DNA of 64,000 nt from Geopsychrobacteraceae bacterium (GCA_963662315.1 OY759353.1:1184001-1248000), one strand, 5' to 3'. Numbered from the stretch's first letter, positions 9,183-20,865 are shown. Notes: a model not told the origin generated them from the sequence alone. A program made the numbers and translations.

Positions 9183-12100
9183 TCAGGCCAGAATAACCAG
9201 CAGATCGCCTTGATCAACCTGTGCACCTTCCCGGAAAATGATTTCCTTAACCTCACCCGCCATGGTCGCCTTTACGTTCGTTTCCATCTTCATCGCTTCA
9301 GTGACAACCAACACATCGCCGAATGAAACCTGATCACCTTCAGAGACTGCCACTTTAAATATTTTCCCCGGCATGGGAGCCCCGATTTCATGGCCGTTGT
9401 CCGGGTCAGCCTTGACATGACTTTCCTCATGCAAAGATATTGACTGATCTTTAATCGTTGCGCTTCGCGGTTCACCATTCAACTCAAAGTAGATATGCCT
9501 GGTCCCGTCTTCCCGCACCCGCCCTACGGCATTGAGCTTGACGATAAGAGATTTTCCCTCTTCAATTTCGATAGTGACTTCGTCACCGATATCAAGACCA
9601 TAAAAAAATACCGGCGTAGACAGAACAGAGATATCACTGTAATTTTGCCGAAAACGATCAAACTCCTCAAATACGCCAGGATAAAGAACTGCCGAAAGGA
9701 CATCACGCTCACTGATACTGTGCCCAACTTTTTTTTCAACCTCTAATTTTCTGGCTGAAAAATCAACAGGTTCCAAAAGCTCTCCCGGTCGGCAGGTTAA
9801 TGGCTGTTCCCCCTTCAAAATTAGCCGTTGCAGTTCTGGCGGAAAACCACCATAGGGCTGTCCTATCATCCCCTTGAAAAAATCGATAACCCCCTGGGGA
9901 AAGCTCAGGAGGTCACCTTCACGAAAAATATCATCGGGCTCTAAATTATTCTGAACCATAAACATGGCCATATCACCAACGATTTTTGAGGACGGCGTCA
10001 CCTTGACCAGATCACCGAACATATCATTGACTCGGCGATACATGCTTTTACACTCTTCCCAGCGATGCCCGAGCCCAAGGCCCTCGACCTGTGGTTTATA
10101 ATTGGAGTACTGCCCCCCGGGAATTTCATGATGGTAAACCTCAGCAGTTCCACTTCTTAATTCTGATTCGAATGGAGCATAATAGCTACGACATGCTTCC
10201 CAATAATTAGCAAGTGCCTGCAAACCGGATAGATCCAATTGTGGATCCCAAATGGTGCCTTGCAATGCAGCAACCAGGGCATTCATATTTGGTTGAGCGG
10301 TCAAGCCAGAGACGGAGGAAAGAGCAGTATCAACAATATCGCACCCAGCCTGAGTTGCTTGTAAATACATGGCGCTACCATTACTTGAAGTATCATGAGT
10401 ATGCAGATGAATGGGTAACCCGATTTCATTTTTCAGCGCCTTGATCAACTTTTCAGCCGCAAATGGTTTGATCAGACCGGCCATATCTTTGATGGCCAGG
10501 ATATGTGCCCCCATCTTCTCAAGCTCTTTAGCCATGGACACATAATACGACAAGGGGTATTTATCCCTCCGCGGATCCTGAATATCTCCTGTGTAGCAAA
10601 TAGCTGCTTCACAGATAGCACCGTTTTTGCGCACTGCATCCATCGCGATACACATACCCTTGGTCCAGTTCAGCGAATCAAAAACCCTAAAAAGATCGAT
10701 TCCACCTTGAGCGGCCTTGGCTACAAATTCCTGCACGACGTTATCAGGATAATTGGTATAACCAACCGCATTTGAGCCCCTCAATAACATCTGAAACAGG
10801 ATATTGGGAATTTTGCTGCGTAAGCGGTCAAGACGCTCCCAAGGATCTTCACGCAAAAACCTCATGCTCACGTCAAAGGTTGCACCACCCCACATCTCCA
10901 AAGAAAACAGCCCACCTCCTAAGTGTGCTGTCGCCTCAGCAATACGGTCAAGATCATAAGTGCGAAAACGGGTTGCAACAAGAGATTGGTGTGCATCACG
11001 CAAAGTTGTATCTGTAATCAATAACTGCTTATGAGCTCGTGCCCACTGGGCCAGACCTTCCGCCCCCTTTTCACGAAAGATATCCCGCGTTCCTCGCGGA
11101 TGCTGCTGACCGTAAGGAATCTCCGGAATAACAGGTTCTCTAAGATCTTTAAAATTTAACGCCTTCTCTCTGGCGATACCCGGGTAGCCATTAACTATCA
11201 CCTCCCCGATATAATTGAGGATCTTGTTGGCGCGATCCTTCCTGACCCGCAAATCAAATACTTCAGGATGATTATCGAGAAAGGAGGTGTCGCATTGGCC
11301 CGCCAGAAACACAGGATGAGTCATCATTTTTTCGAGAAATCCGATATTGGTTTTAACTCCACGGATTCTAAATTCCTGAAGCGAACGATGCATTGTCCTG
11401 GCTGCATCGGCAAAAGTCAGTCCCCACGTAGAAATTTTCACCAACAGGGAATCGTAGTGAGGAGTAATCTGCGCCCCGGCATAACCGGCTGCGGCATCAA
11501 GCCGGACCCCAAAGCCCGCTGCAGTCCGATAGGCTTTTATGACACCAAAATCTGGGGCAAAATTATTCGCAGGATCTTCCGTTGTGACACGTGACTGAAT
11601 GGCACAACCACGCAATTCAATATCACTTTGTCCGGTGATGCCAATTTCAGGATCGTCCAGTCGGTACCCCTCAGCGACCCGAATCTGCATCTGCACCAGA
11701 TTACGCATAGTGATCAGCTCAGTCACAGTGTGCTCCACCTGAATACGCGGATTGACTTCGATAAAATAGAAGTTTTCATCCCGATCCATTAAAAACTCAA
11801 CCGTACCGGCGTTCACATAGCCAACAGCCTGACCAATCTTCAATGCCGCAGCACACAACTCTTCACGCTTGCCAGGGGTCAGATACATTGAAGGTGCAAT
11901 TTCAATAACTTTTTGATGGCGCCTCTGAATGGAACAGTCCCGCTCAAAAAAATGGACCAAATTCCCATAGCCATCGCCAACAATCTGGACCTCAACATGC
12001 TTGGGATTTTCAATATATTTTTCAAGAAAAATGGTCGCATCGCCAAAGGCAGCGCGTGCTTCAGATGCAGCGCTCTTAAGTCCTTCCAGTAGTTCTTTCT

Positions 12101-12635
12101 GATTATGTACCACTCGCATGCCACGACCACCGCCACCAGCACTGGCTTTAACGATGATCGGGTAGCCTGACTGCTTTGCGAATATCAGGGCATCTTCATG
12201 ACTATCAACAGGTTCGGCAGTTCCCGGAACAACTGGAACACCTGCAGTAATAGCAACATGCCGCCCAGACACTTTATTGCCCAGGCGCCTTTGAATATCA
12301 GGAGTCGGCCCGATAAAAACGATACCTGCCCGCTCACATGCTTCGGCAAAATCGGCATTTTCAGACAGAAAACCATACCCGGGATGGATGGCATCGACAT
12401 TTTTTTTACGCGCCAGATCTATTATTTCATCGATTCCCAGATAGGCCTCAACCGGCCCCTTCCCTTTACCGATCAGATACGCTTCATCGGCCTTGTACCG
12501 GTGGAGAGACAATCTGTCCTGTTCAGAATAAATAGCGACCGTCGCGATACCAAGCTCAGTACAGGCCCTGAAAATGCGTATAGCAATTTCACCACGGTTC
12601 GCAGCCATAACACGTTTGAAAGGTCGTTTGATCAT
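9183..12635 (-). CDS. pyc: Pyruvate carboxylase
   Basis: ANRGEIAIR biotin carboxylase, RDAHQSL carboxyltransferase, EAMKM biotinyl-lysine; 1150 aa. Confidence 0.97.
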   Translation of the reverse strand: MIKRPFKRVMAANRGEIAIRIFRACTELGIATVAIYSEQDRLSLHRYKADEAYLIGKGKGPVEAYLGIDEIIDLARKKNVDAIHPGYGFLSENADFAEACERAGIVFIGPTPDIQRRLGNKVSGRHVAITAGVPVVPGTAEPVDSHEDALIFAKQSGYPIIVKASAGGGGRGMRVVHNQKELLEGLKSAASEARAAFGDATIFLEKYIENPKHVEVQIVGDGYGNLVHFFERDCSIQRRHQKVIEIAPSMYLTPGKREELCAAALKIGQAVGYVNAGTVEFLMDRDENFYFIEVNPRIQVEHTVTELITMRNLVQMQIRVAEGYRLDDPEIGITGQSDIELRGCAIQSRVTTEDPANNFAPDFGVIKAYRTAAGFGVRLDAAAGYAGAQITPHYDSLLVKISTWGLTFADAARTMHRSLQEFRIRGVKTNIGFLEKMMTHPVFLAGQCDTSFLDNHPEVFDLRVRKDRANKILNYIGEVIVNGYPGIAREKALNFKDLREPVIPEIPYGQQHPRGTRDIFREKGAEGLAQWARAHKQLLITDTTLRDAHQSLVATRFRTYDLDRIAEATAHLGGGLFSLEMWGGATFDVSMRFLREDPWERLDRLRSKIPNILFQMLLRGSNAVGYTNYPDNVVQEFVAKAAQGGIDLFRVFDSLNWTKGMCIAMDAVRKNGAICEAAICYTGDIQDPRRDKYPLSYYVSMAKELEKMGAHILAIKDMAGLIKPFAAEKLIKALKNEIGLPIHLHTHDTSSNGSAMYLQATQAGCDIVDTALSSVSGLTAQPNMNALVAALQGTIWDPQLDLSGLQALANYWEACRSYYAPFESELRSGTAEVYHHEIPGGQYSNYKPQVEGLGLGHRWEECKSMYRRVNDMFGDLVKVTPSSKIVGDMAMFMVQNNLEPDDIFREGDLLSFPQGVIDFFKGMIGQPYGGFPPELQRLILKGEQPLTCRPGELLEPVDFSARKLEVEKKVGHSISERDVLSAVLYPGVFEEFDRFRQNYSDISVLSTPVFFYGLDIGDEVTIEIEEGKSLIVKLNAVGRVREDGTRHIYFELNGEPRSATIKDQSISLHEESHVKADPDNGHEIGAPMPGKIFKVAVSEGDQVSFGDVLVVTEAMKMETNVKATMAGEVKEIIFREGAQVDQGDLLVILA

Positions 12636-12879
12636 TCCGCTGGACTCCTGTTTAGATTGACTAGCTCACATTTACGGCAAAGTTAACAGTATCCTCCCAT
12701 CTAATAGCTCATATATTGCTATATCAGGAATATGTATTAGCAATAAAACAATAGATAAAAAAATTGTCAAGCAAAACATCGTTCTACTGTTTTATTTAAA
12801 CTAAAATACATCTTTAAATTACTGGAATATCAAGGAAAAAAGATTGAAAAAATTAAAGAAAAACAGAAGAGAATGAAGA

Positions 12880-13536
12880 TTAGGCACTGATGGAAATAAA
12901 TTCAGAAACGTGACTGGCATACGCCCGATAAGCAGAGTCCTGAAGCTTGGCGACCGGCTGACCACTTTCTTCACCGGAAGAATCTGTGGTTTCTTGTGCT
13001 TCAGTTTCATTCTCAATCGAATTATCAGTTGCAGGCTCCTCGGCCAACTTCTGACGCGCTTTGGTTGCCATTACTTGCGCCTTTTGGGCGACTTTCATAT
13101 CCTGAGAGCTGGGTTGCGCCGGAGCCAGAGCAGCCGCCCTGACCTGATTTGCCTTCTGCAGCGTTGCTTCAGGATCACCGGGAACGGCAGCGACATCAAT
13201 ACTGACCTCACCGTCAGTGACATAGCTTCTGCCATCGGCTCCCTTGGTATACGAAAAACTTGGCGAACCTGCGTACTGTCCACCGGCTGCAGCATGAGCT
13301 GCTTCGTGAGAACGAACTTCCTTATCCCGAAGCTGCAGAGCCCTGATTTCCTGGGCTTCCTGACTCAGTTCAAATGTGTCTTTAGGACTTCCGTCTGCCT
13401 TGGTCGTCTGTTGACCTGGTTCAGTGCGGACCGAATCGCTCGCCTGGGATTCCCTTGCTTCTTCTAGGGCCGAAGAGACACCCTCAAGCTGAGAACGAGA
13501 GTGCACAATGGTAAGATTTGATATGTTTTTCAGCAT
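12880..13536 (-). CDS. SprA-related / putative metalloprotease (CJM1_0395-like) family protein
   Basis: RDKEVRSHEAAH (HExxH), GEVSID, AALAPAQPSSQD motifs. Confidence 0.75.
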   Translation of the reverse strand: MLKNISNLTIVHSRSQLEGVSSALEEARESQASDSVRTEPGQQTTKADGSPKDTFELSQEAQEIRALQLRDKEVRSHEAAHAAAGGQYAGSPSFSYTKGADGRSYVTDGEVSIDVAAVPGDPEATLQKANQVRAAALAPAQPSSQDMKVAQKAQVMATKARQKLAEEPATDNSIENETEAQETTDSSGEESGQPVAKLQDSAYRAYASHVSEFISISA

Positions 13537-13701
13537 ATTTATTCCATTTTAGTCATCTGACATCATCTATAATAGCGAACACCTTAGTTTCCATCAATGA
13601 TAATTTAACAATTCCACATCTGGTGACTATTCCTGTTGCCGCATATACCCGCGCGTGATAACCTTCCGTCAAACATATGACGGACACGGGGAACACTGAC
13701 A

Positions 13702-15081
13702 ATGCCTAACTTAGCGCAAATCCTGCTTATCGATGATGAAGCTGAGAGCTGTAAAGCCCTGTCGCTGCTCTTACAGCGTTCCGGTTACACAATCAAATCA
13801 TGTCTATCTGGGGAAGAAGCCCTCGATATTCTCAACAGTCAATTTTTTGATCTGGTTATCAGTGATCTACTGCTGCCCGATGTCAATGGCATCGATATTT
13901 TAAAACACATCAAAGAAAATTCTCCCGAGACCTCGGTTATTCTGATCACCGGCAACGCCTCAGCGGAATCTGCCGTTGAAGCGATGAAGGAAGGTGCCCT
14001 TGATTATATTACCAAACCCTTCAACTTTGAACGCCTGAAAATTCAAGTAGCCAAAGCGCTTGAGAAAAGTCGACTGGTGATTGAAAACCAATATCTGAAA
14101 CAGCAATTGCATGGACGCTATCGCTTTACCAATATCATTGGGACCAGTCAGGCCATGCAATACGTTTTTACCTGTATGCAAAAGGTGGTCGAAACGGAGT
14201 CAACAATTCTCATTCTTGGTGCGTCGGGGACCGGCAAAGAACTGGTCGCCAACGCAATTCATTACAATGGCCCGCGTAAAGAAAAGCCTTTTATTGCTAT
14301 TAACTGTGGAGCTATCCCTGAAGATCTACTTGAATCTGAACTGTTTGGTCATGTCAAAGGGGCATTTACCAGTGCCATTGCCGACAAGTACGGAAAATTT
14401 GAAGCAGCCAACGGTGGTACCATCTTTTTAGATGAAATAGGTGACATGCCACTGCATCTTCAGATGAAATTATTGCGAGTCCTTCAGGAACACGAGATTG
14501 AACGGATCGGTTCAACAAAAAAAATTCATCTGGATGTCCGCCTTATCTCCGCAACACATGTTGATCTACAACAAAAGGTGCGCAACGGACTGTTCCGCGA
14601 AGATCTTTATTACCGCCTCAACGTTATCCCCATTCACTTGCCATCCCTGAAAGAACGACGCGGGGATATTCCCCAACTGACCCGTCATTTCATGGAAAAG
14701 ATATGCAAAGAAATGAATCGGCCGGTTATGGCGATCAGCGATGAGGCCATGGCTGCGCTTGAAGGTTATGAATGGCCCGGTAACGTTCGTGAAATGGAAA
14801 ATATCATCGAAAGAACGGTCGCGTTAACAGACGGAGAGAGGATAAGCCTGACGGATCTGCCTCCCGACATTGCCGGCCAGTCTTATCATGGAGCCAACAT
14901 TCCGAAGCGACTTCCCGTTGAAGGAATCGATTTAAATCAGGTTGTAGCCGATCTGGAGAAAGAATTGATTGGACAGGCGCTGATTCTGGGCAAAGGAGTC
15001 AAAGCACGTGCGGCCGAACTTTTGAATATAAACCGAACAACCCTGGTTGAAAAAATCAAGCGACTGAAAATGGATGCCTGA
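13702..15081 (+). CDS. Sigma54-dependent response regulator (NtrC/AtoC family)
   Basis: Receiver domain (LLIDDE…DLVISD…KP), GASGTGKE, ESELFGH, WPGNVRE, C-terminal HTH RTTLVEK. Confidence 0.92.
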   Translation: MPNLAQILLIDDEAESCKALSLLLQRSGYTIKSCLSGEEALDILNSQFFDLVISDLLLPDVNGIDILKHIKENSPETSVILITGNASAESAVEAMKEGALDYITKPFNFERLKIQVAKALEKSRLVIENQYLKQQLHGRYRFTNIIGTSQAMQYVFTCMQKVVETESTILILGASGTGKELVANAIHYNGPRKEKPFIAINCGAIPEDLLESELFGHVKGAFTSAIADKYGKFEAANGGTIFLDEIGDMPLHLQMKLLRVLQEHEIERIGSTKKIHLDVRLISATHVDLQQKVRNGLFREDLYYRLNVIPIHLPSLKERRGDIPQLTRHFMEKICKEMNRPVMAISDEAMAALEGYEWPGNVREMENIIERTVALTDGERISLTDLPPDIAGQSYHGANIPKRLPVEGIDLNQVVADLEKELIGQALILGKGVKARAAELLNINRTTLVEKIKRLKMDA

Positions 15082-15160
15082 CCCTGCAATAAAAAACCTA
15101 AGCAGAGCCAGGCCGAGAACAACTCGCGCTAGCGTCGCGAACGGCTACTAAATAGTGCGA

Positions 15161-16972
15161 TTACTTTGTCTTTTTTTCCATCCGCTTACGATCATTCGCA
15201 TCGAGATAGCGCTTACGTAAACGAATTGATTTTGGCGTAATTTCGACCAGTTCATCATCATCAATGTACTCAAGAGCCTGTTCTAGGGACAGATTGCGTG
15301 GCGGTACCAAGCGTACGGCATCATCACTGCCAGAAGCCCGGACGTTGGTCAGTTTTTTCCCCTTGCAGGCATTAACAACCAGGTCGTTCTCCTTGGCATG
15401 CTGACCGATGATCATCCCTTCGTATACATCCACCCCGGGACCAACAAACAGAATACCGCGATCCTGCAGTCCGAACAATGCGTAAGCAACTGTTTCCCCT
15501 GCTTCCATCGCAATCAACACGCCATTTTTACGACCGACAATCGGACCTTTATAAGGCGCATAGTCATGGAACGTGTGATTCATCACACCGGTTCCACGGG
15601 TGTCGGTAAGAAATTCAGTTCGGAAGCCAATCAAACCACGCGCCGGGATGAGGAATTCAAGACGGTTGGTCCCTTCCATGGTCTGCATGGAGGTCATTTC
15701 AGCTTTCCGGGTTCCGAGTTTTTCAATGACCGTCCCCTGATATTCTTCAGGAACATCAATGGCCAGATATTCAATAGGCTCACATCTTTCACCATCAATT
15801 TCCCGGAAAATAACTTCCGGTTTGGAAACTGACATTTCATAACCTTCGCGACGCATATTTTCGATAAGAATCGACAGATGCAATTCACCGCGGCCAGAGA
15901 CCTTGAAGGTATCGGTATTGTCGGTATCCTCGACACGCAAAGAAACGTTTGTCCGTAATTCTTTCATCAACCGGTCACGGATGTTTCTTGATGTCACATA
16001 CTTTCCTTCATGCCCGGCGAAGGGTGAATTGCTGACCATAAAGTTCATCGACAATGTCGGCTCATCGATCGCAACATATGGCAACGCAACAGGAGTTTCT
16101 ATATCAGCCAGAGATTCTCCTATCCCCAGCTCCTCAAACCCGGCGATAGAAACAATATCCCCGGCGCTCGCTTCCTCAATTTCAACCTGCTGGAGCCCCT
16201 GATAACCGAGCAGTTTGGTAATTCGCCCACTCTTTATCTTCCCCTCGCGGTCAATGTGAGCAACCGTCTGGCCAGCACTAAGGGTACCATTAAAAATTTT
16301 ACCGGTGGCGATACGACCGATAAACTTATTGTAGGCAATACTGGTTACCAGTAACTGGAATGGTGCCTGCGCGTCACCAACCGGAGGATCTACCTTATCC
16401 CCAATCATTTGAAACAAAGGCTCAAGGTTATCGGATTCATCTTCCAGATTACGCTTGGCAATACCGTTCTTAGCACTGGCGTAAACGATCGGGAAATCGA
16501 GCTGATCTTCATTGGCGTTTAGCTCACAGAAGAGGTCAAAAACCATATCAACAACTTCTTCCGGGCGTGCTCCAGGGCGATCGATCTTATTGATAACAAC
16601 AATCGGCTTAAGACCAAGGTCGAGAGACTTTTTAAGCACAAAACGGGTCTGAGGCATTGGTCCGTCAAATGCGTCAACCAATAACAGAACCGAATCAACC
16701 ATCTTCAAAATACGCTCAACCTCACCACCAAAATCGGCGTGTCCCGGAGTATCGACAATATTTATCTTGAGATCTCCATGTTGGACGGAAAGGTTTTTGG
16801 AAAGAATAGTAATTCCACGCTCTTTTTCCAGATCGTTACTGTCCATAACCCTTTCAGTAATAACCTGATTCTCGCGAAAAACTCCGGATTGAATCAGCAT
16901 GGCGTCAACAAGTGTTGTCTTGCCATGATCAACGTGTGCAATAATTGCGATGTTTCTAATATGTTCAGACAT
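15161..16972 (-). CDS. typA: Translational GTPase TypA/BipA
   Basis: [51 protein letters not shown]. Confidence 0.97.
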   Translation of the reverse strand: MSEHIRNIAIIAHVDHGKTTLVDAMLIQSGVFRENQVITERVMDSNDLEKERGITILSKNLSVQHGDLKINIVDTPGHADFGGEVERILKMVDSVLLLVDAFDGPMPQTRFVLKKSLDLGLKPIVVINKIDRPGARPEEVVDMVFDLFCELNANEDQLDFPIVYASAKNGIAKRNLEDESDNLEPLFQMIGDKVDPPVGDAQAPFQLLVTSIAYNKFIGRIATGKIFNGTLSAGQTVAHIDREGKIKSGRITKLLGYQGLQQVEIEEASAGDIVSIAGFEELGIGESLADIETPVALPYVAIDEPTLSMNFMVSNSPFAGHEGKYVTSRNIRDRLMKELRTNVSLRVEDTDNTDTFKVSGRGELHLSILIENMRREGYEMSVSKPEVIFREIDGERCEPIEYLAIDVPEEYQGTVIEKLGTRKAEMTSMQTMEGTNRLEFLIPARGLIGFRTEFLTDTRGTGVMNHTFHDYAPYKGPIVGRKNGVLIAMEAGETVAYALFGLQDRGILFVGPGVDVYEGMIIGQHAKENDLVVNACKGKKLTNVRASGSDDAVRLVPPRNLSLEQALEYIDDDELVEITPKSIRLRKRYLDANDRKRMEKKTK

Positions 16973-17217
16973 AATTTAATAAACCCTTTTATTAACGGAC
17001 ATCCCCCAAAAGATCCGGATTATGCCAGAAACCACGGACCAAGCCAAGCTAAATAGAATAGCCTTCGGTAAATTTAATTGATTTCTAAAACCCTTAGAAA
17101 TGGACATATTCTTGACAGGTTGACAACTTTTACCTATGGTCAGCAAGACTTTCAGCAAGTTACCATCAGACACCTGTTTTCCAGCACATGGATTAATTAC
17201 AATTTAAAGGCTGAGCA

Positions 17218-18795
17218 ATGGCGAAACCTAACATCATTCTTACCGGGTTCATGGGAACCGGGAAAACTACGGTCGGCCGACTCATGGCTAAAAAGCTGGG
17301 CTATCAATTTGTTGATACCGACCATCTTATCGAAGATGAAATCGGCTGCAGTATTTCTGATTATTTTCGGACTCATGGCGAGGCAGCATTCCGGCAAAAA
17401 GAAACTGAAGTCGCTTTACGCCTGTCCCAAAGTGACGGATTGGTCATTTCCACCGGTGGACGCATGATGCTTGACCCCATCAATGCAGAAGCACTCAGCC
17501 GAACAGGACGAGTCTTTTGCCTGGTAGCAACACCTGAGGAAATTCTTGAAAGAGTTTCCAACGACAACAACGCCAGGCCACTGCTTCAGGGAGCAAATCC
17601 CCTTGAACATATCGTTGAATTGTTACAACAACGAGAGAAAGGTTATAAACGTTTTTCTCAATTCAAAACGTCAGCCAAAAAACCAAATGCCATAGCTAAC
17701 GAACTTTCCGAGTTTGTCCAGGGCAAACGGGACTTAAGACTTGAGATCTCAGCACCAAGCATTGATTATGAATTTATTGTTGGTAGCGGAATCCTCCCCT
17801 TTGTCAACAGTCTTGCAGAGATAGACGGCCCGGTGGCAATCATCACTGACGAATCTGTCGCACCTCTGTACGCAAAAAGCTGTGGCAAGGTGGATACCAT
17901 CATAACAGTCCCTCCTGGTCGTCAGCATAAAACGCTGGCAACAGCTCAAACCATTTATGAGCAACTTCTGGATGCTGATTTTGACCGGAGCGGAACCATC
18001 ATCGCCCTGGGCGGCACCGTCATCAGTGAACTGGCTGGTTTCATTGCCGCCACATTTATGCGCGGGGTAGACTGTGTCCAGTGCCCAACCAGCCTTTTAG
18101 CCATGGTTGATACAAGTATCGGCGGCAAAACCGGAGTTGATCTGCCCCGCGGAAAAAATGTCATAGGCGCTTTTAAGCAGCCCAAAACAGTAATAGCGGA
18201 CGTTGCGACATTACAGAGTTTATCGCCCCGCACCTTTGCCTCCGGCATGGCGGAAGTTATCAAACACAGCCTGATTGCCGACTCAGACTTATTAAGAAAA
18301 ATTGAAGCAGGAAAATGGAAACCCGCCGAGGGGGGATTCCAATCAGCATCTGAGTTGCAGGCTCTTGTCGCGCAGGCGATTCAGGTCAAGATCAATATCA
18401 TTCAGGAGGATCCCTATGAGCACGGTCGCCGTGCCCTGCTGAATTTTGGGCACACTTTTGCCAATGCTATCGAACACCTCAGCCACCACAAAGTGCGCCA
18501 CGGTGAAGCTGTCGCTATCGGCATGGTAATAGCGACTAAACTGTCGGTTGATCTGGGGCATTGTCAGCCGGACCTTCTGGCACGGGTAGAAAATGTGATG
18601 ACCTCAGCCTTATTACCGACCCGCATACCAAACCACCTGGTCGCATCAGATATTATCCTGGCGATGCGAAGCGACAAAAAGAAAAAAGCCGGAAAACTTC
18701 GCTATATTCTTATTAGGGACGTTGGCGAAACGTTTATCACCGAACAAGTAAACGAAGAGGATGTCCTTAAGGTCCTTCAGGAACTCAAAGAATGA
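17218..18795 (+). CDS. aroKB: Fused shikimate kinase / 3-dehydroquinate synthase
   Basis: N-terminal GFMGTGKTT…GEAAFR…STGG…RPLL; C-terminal PTSLLAMVDTSIGGKTG, EVIKH, LNFGHT, HGEAV, DKK. Confidence 0.88.
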   Translation: MAKPNIILTGFMGTGKTTVGRLMAKKLGYQFVDTDHLIEDEIGCSISDYFRTHGEAAFRQKETEVALRLSQSDGLVISTGGRMMLDPINAEALSRTGRVFCLVATPEEILERVSNDNNARPLLQGANPLEHIVELLQQREKGYKRFSQFKTSAKKPNAIANELSEFVQGKRDLRLEISAPSIDYEFIVGSGILPFVNSLAEIDGPVAIITDESVAPLYAKSCGKVDTIITVPPGRQHKTLATAQTIYEQLLDADFDRSGTIIALGGTVISELAGFIAATFMRGVDCVQCPTSLLAMVDTSIGGKTGVDLPRGKNVIGAFKQPKTVIADVATLQSLSPRTFASGMAEVIKHSLIADSDLLRKIEAGKWKPAEGGFQSASELQALVAQAIQVKINIIQEDPYEHGRRALLNFGHTFANAIEHLSHHKVRHGEAVAIGMVIATKLSVDLGHCQPDLLARVENVMTSALLPTRIPNHLVASDIILAMRSDKKKKAGKLRYILIRDVGETFITEQVNEEDVLKVLQELKE

Positions 18796-18820
18796 TCTCA
18801 GACAAACATCGACCAGAACA

Positions 18821-18852
18821 AAACGGGCCACCTGCTCGCAGATGGCCCGTTT
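18821..18852. terminator. Bidirectional terminator-like hairpin between aroKB and the IclR gene
   Basis: AAACGGGCCA…TGGCCCGTTT inverted repeat between convergent genes. Confidence 0.7.
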
Positions 18853-18883
18853 ACTGAAATAATCTATTTAATACTGTCAACCC

Positions 18884-19669
18884 TCAGGATTCGCCCATAA
18901 GCCTGGACATTTCACGGCTAGCTTCAAGCAACTTGCTCAGATGTCCAGGCCTCCTGTCTTCAGAGAAGCGATAGGCCGGGCCAACGATGACCAGTGCAGC
19001 TGGTACCTTATTTTCAAAGTCAAAAATAGGGGCAGCAATCGCGGCAATGCCTTCTTCGCGCTCCTGATCATTAAGACCGTAGCCATGCTCACGAATCCAT
19101 GCTAATTCACGCCTGATTTCATCCTGATCTACTTTAGTATTATCGGTAAAACGCGTCTGCTTCGTTTTGGTCAGAACTTTACTGACAAAATCAGCTTCTG
19201 CGTACGCCAGCAATACCCGCCCGGCAGCCGTCGGAGTCAATTCCATATAATCACCTTCATTGATGGAATAGACAAGACGGGACGATCCCATTTCCCGCGC
19301 CATACAAATACTCTTGGTTCCATCAACAACAAACAATGCTGTTGACTCACCAGTATCTGCAGTAAGACGCTTCATGAAAGGAGCTGCGATCGACTTTAAA
19401 GAATTACTCTTTTCGTAAACCTTCCCAAGAACCATCAGTTTTGGTCCAAGGCGATAGTTTGTGCGCGAGGTACGGACAAGATACCCAGACTTTATCAACG
19501 TCCCGCATAATCGATGCACTCTGCTTTTGTAAAGTCCAGTTTTTTCACAAAGCTGATTCAAGGATAATTCAGTTTCATTGGTATTAAAACAATCAAGAAT
19601 TTCCAATGCCTTAAGTACCGCATCAACCAATGGTACTGCAGCTGCTTTTTTATCTGCTAGTTTTGACAT
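18884..19669 (-). CDS. IclR-family transcriptional regulator
   Basis: AVLKALEIL…GLYKSRVHRL HTH, YRLGP, TGES, TAAGRVLLA, IAAPIF; start set at ATG 19669. Confidence 0.92.
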   Translation of the reverse strand: MSKLADKKAAAVPLVDAVLKALEILDCFNTNETELSLNQLCEKTGLYKSRVHRLCGTLIKSGYLVRTSRTNYRLGPKLMVLGKVYEKSNSLKSIAAPFMKRLTADTGESTALFVVDGTKSICMAREMGSSRLVYSINEGDYMELTPTAAGRVLLAYAEADFVSKVLTKTKQTRFTDNTKVDQDEIRRELAWIREHGYGLNDQEREEGIAAIAAPIFDFENKVPAALVIVGPAYRFSEDRRPGHLSKLLEASREMSRLMGES

Positions 19670-19869
19670 GTGCCCTTCCATGATGGGTTTCAATTGCCCT
19701 GGCCAATCGCTTTCAAATTAGACATCAAGAAGGCCGACAATAGCACAAAGTTCTTAATCTTCAACGAAGGAAGTACATTAAGCATAAGAAAACGAGGATT
19801 TATTACTGCTGTTTAATATAACTGTCAAAGAATCAATAACTACCAGCTCGAAGAGAGAGTGGCCTTGAA

Positions 19870-20853
19870 CTAAATTTTAACCAAAGTCTTCATTCTCGAT
19901 GGTGCTGCAAAATTGTCAAGGGCTTCCTGCAGCCCTTCAACAGGGATAATACTGGAAACCAAAGCTTCAGTATTGATGACCCCCTTGCTCAGCAGTTCAA
20001 TACTTTCCGGAATTTCTGTCGTGTAGATCATGGAGCCCTTTATGGTCAATTCCTTACGCACAATCAATACAGTAGAAACCGCATGTTCTTGTCCTGGAAG
20101 CCCAAGGACAACGATCGTAGCCCCTGGGGCAGCCAACTCAATACATTGCGCAAGGGCTGATGGTGCTCCGGTTGTTTCAAAAATAATATCGAAATTTCCC
20201 TGACATGCAGCAAGCTCAGCCTGATCACTGATAACCCTTTGAGCCCCCATCTTCTTAGCCAGCTCAAGACGTGTTTCAATCAGATCACAGTTAACAATGT
20301 TAGGTGAATACTGCAAAGCAAGCTGAAGACAAAGCTGTCCAACGACACCTGCGCCAAAAACCAGAACTTTATCACTGTTTACAATGCCAGCCTGCTTAAT
20401 TCCATGCAGACTTACCGCCAACGGTTCTGCAAATACAGCAACCTCATTGGCAAGGCCATCAGGGACAGCATAAACCTGTTTGGCAGGAACCACAGCGTAC
20501 TCAGCGAAAACACCGTTAATGTCAACACCTAATCGAATTTTTGACCGGCATATATTAGTCAACCCCTTTTTACAGACATCGCATTCACCACAGTAGTAAT
20601 TAGGATGGATAGTGACCCGCTGCCCTACCGTAAAGTTTGAGACACCAGAGCCAATAGCTTCAATGGTACCGACAGCTTCATGACCAGGAATAACCGGCAG
20701 CGGGGCAACTAGCTTACCATGATACATCGAGTTATCAGAACCGCAGATTCCACCTAACTCGACGGCAATACGAACTTGCCCTTCCAGAGGGGCTGGAACA
20801 TCAACATCAGAGATTTCAACCTTACCAACTTCTTTTATAATAGCAGCTTTCAT
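19870..20853 (-). CDS. Zn-dependent medium-chain dehydrogenase (sorbitol/L-idonate dehydrogenase-like)
   Basis: GICGSD, GHE, structural Zn CGECDVC…C, EPLAV, GAGVVG. Confidence 0.9.
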   Translation of the reverse strand: MKAAIIKEVGKVEISDVDVPAPLEGQVRIAVELGGICGSDNSMYHGKLVAPLPVIPGHEAVGTIEAIGSGVSNFTVGQRVTIHPNYYCGECDVCKKGLTNICRSKIRLGVDINGVFAEYAVVPAKQVYAVPDGLANEVAVFAEPLAVSLHGIKQAGIVNSDKVLVFGAGVVGQLCLQLALQYSPNIVNCDLIETRLELAKKMGAQRVISDQAELAACQGNFDIIFETTGAPSALAQCIELAAPGATIVVLGLPGQEHAVSTVLIVRKELTIKGSMIYTTEIPESIELLSKGVINTEALVSSIIPVEGLQEALDNFAAPSRMKTLVKI

Positions 20854-20865
20854 TTACGCCTCCGA

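Noticed and set aside
13550..13590. Sigma28 promoter for the SprA-related gene (TAAG-N15-GATGATGT on the minus strand)
   Set aside because: Match to GCCGATAA is too weak
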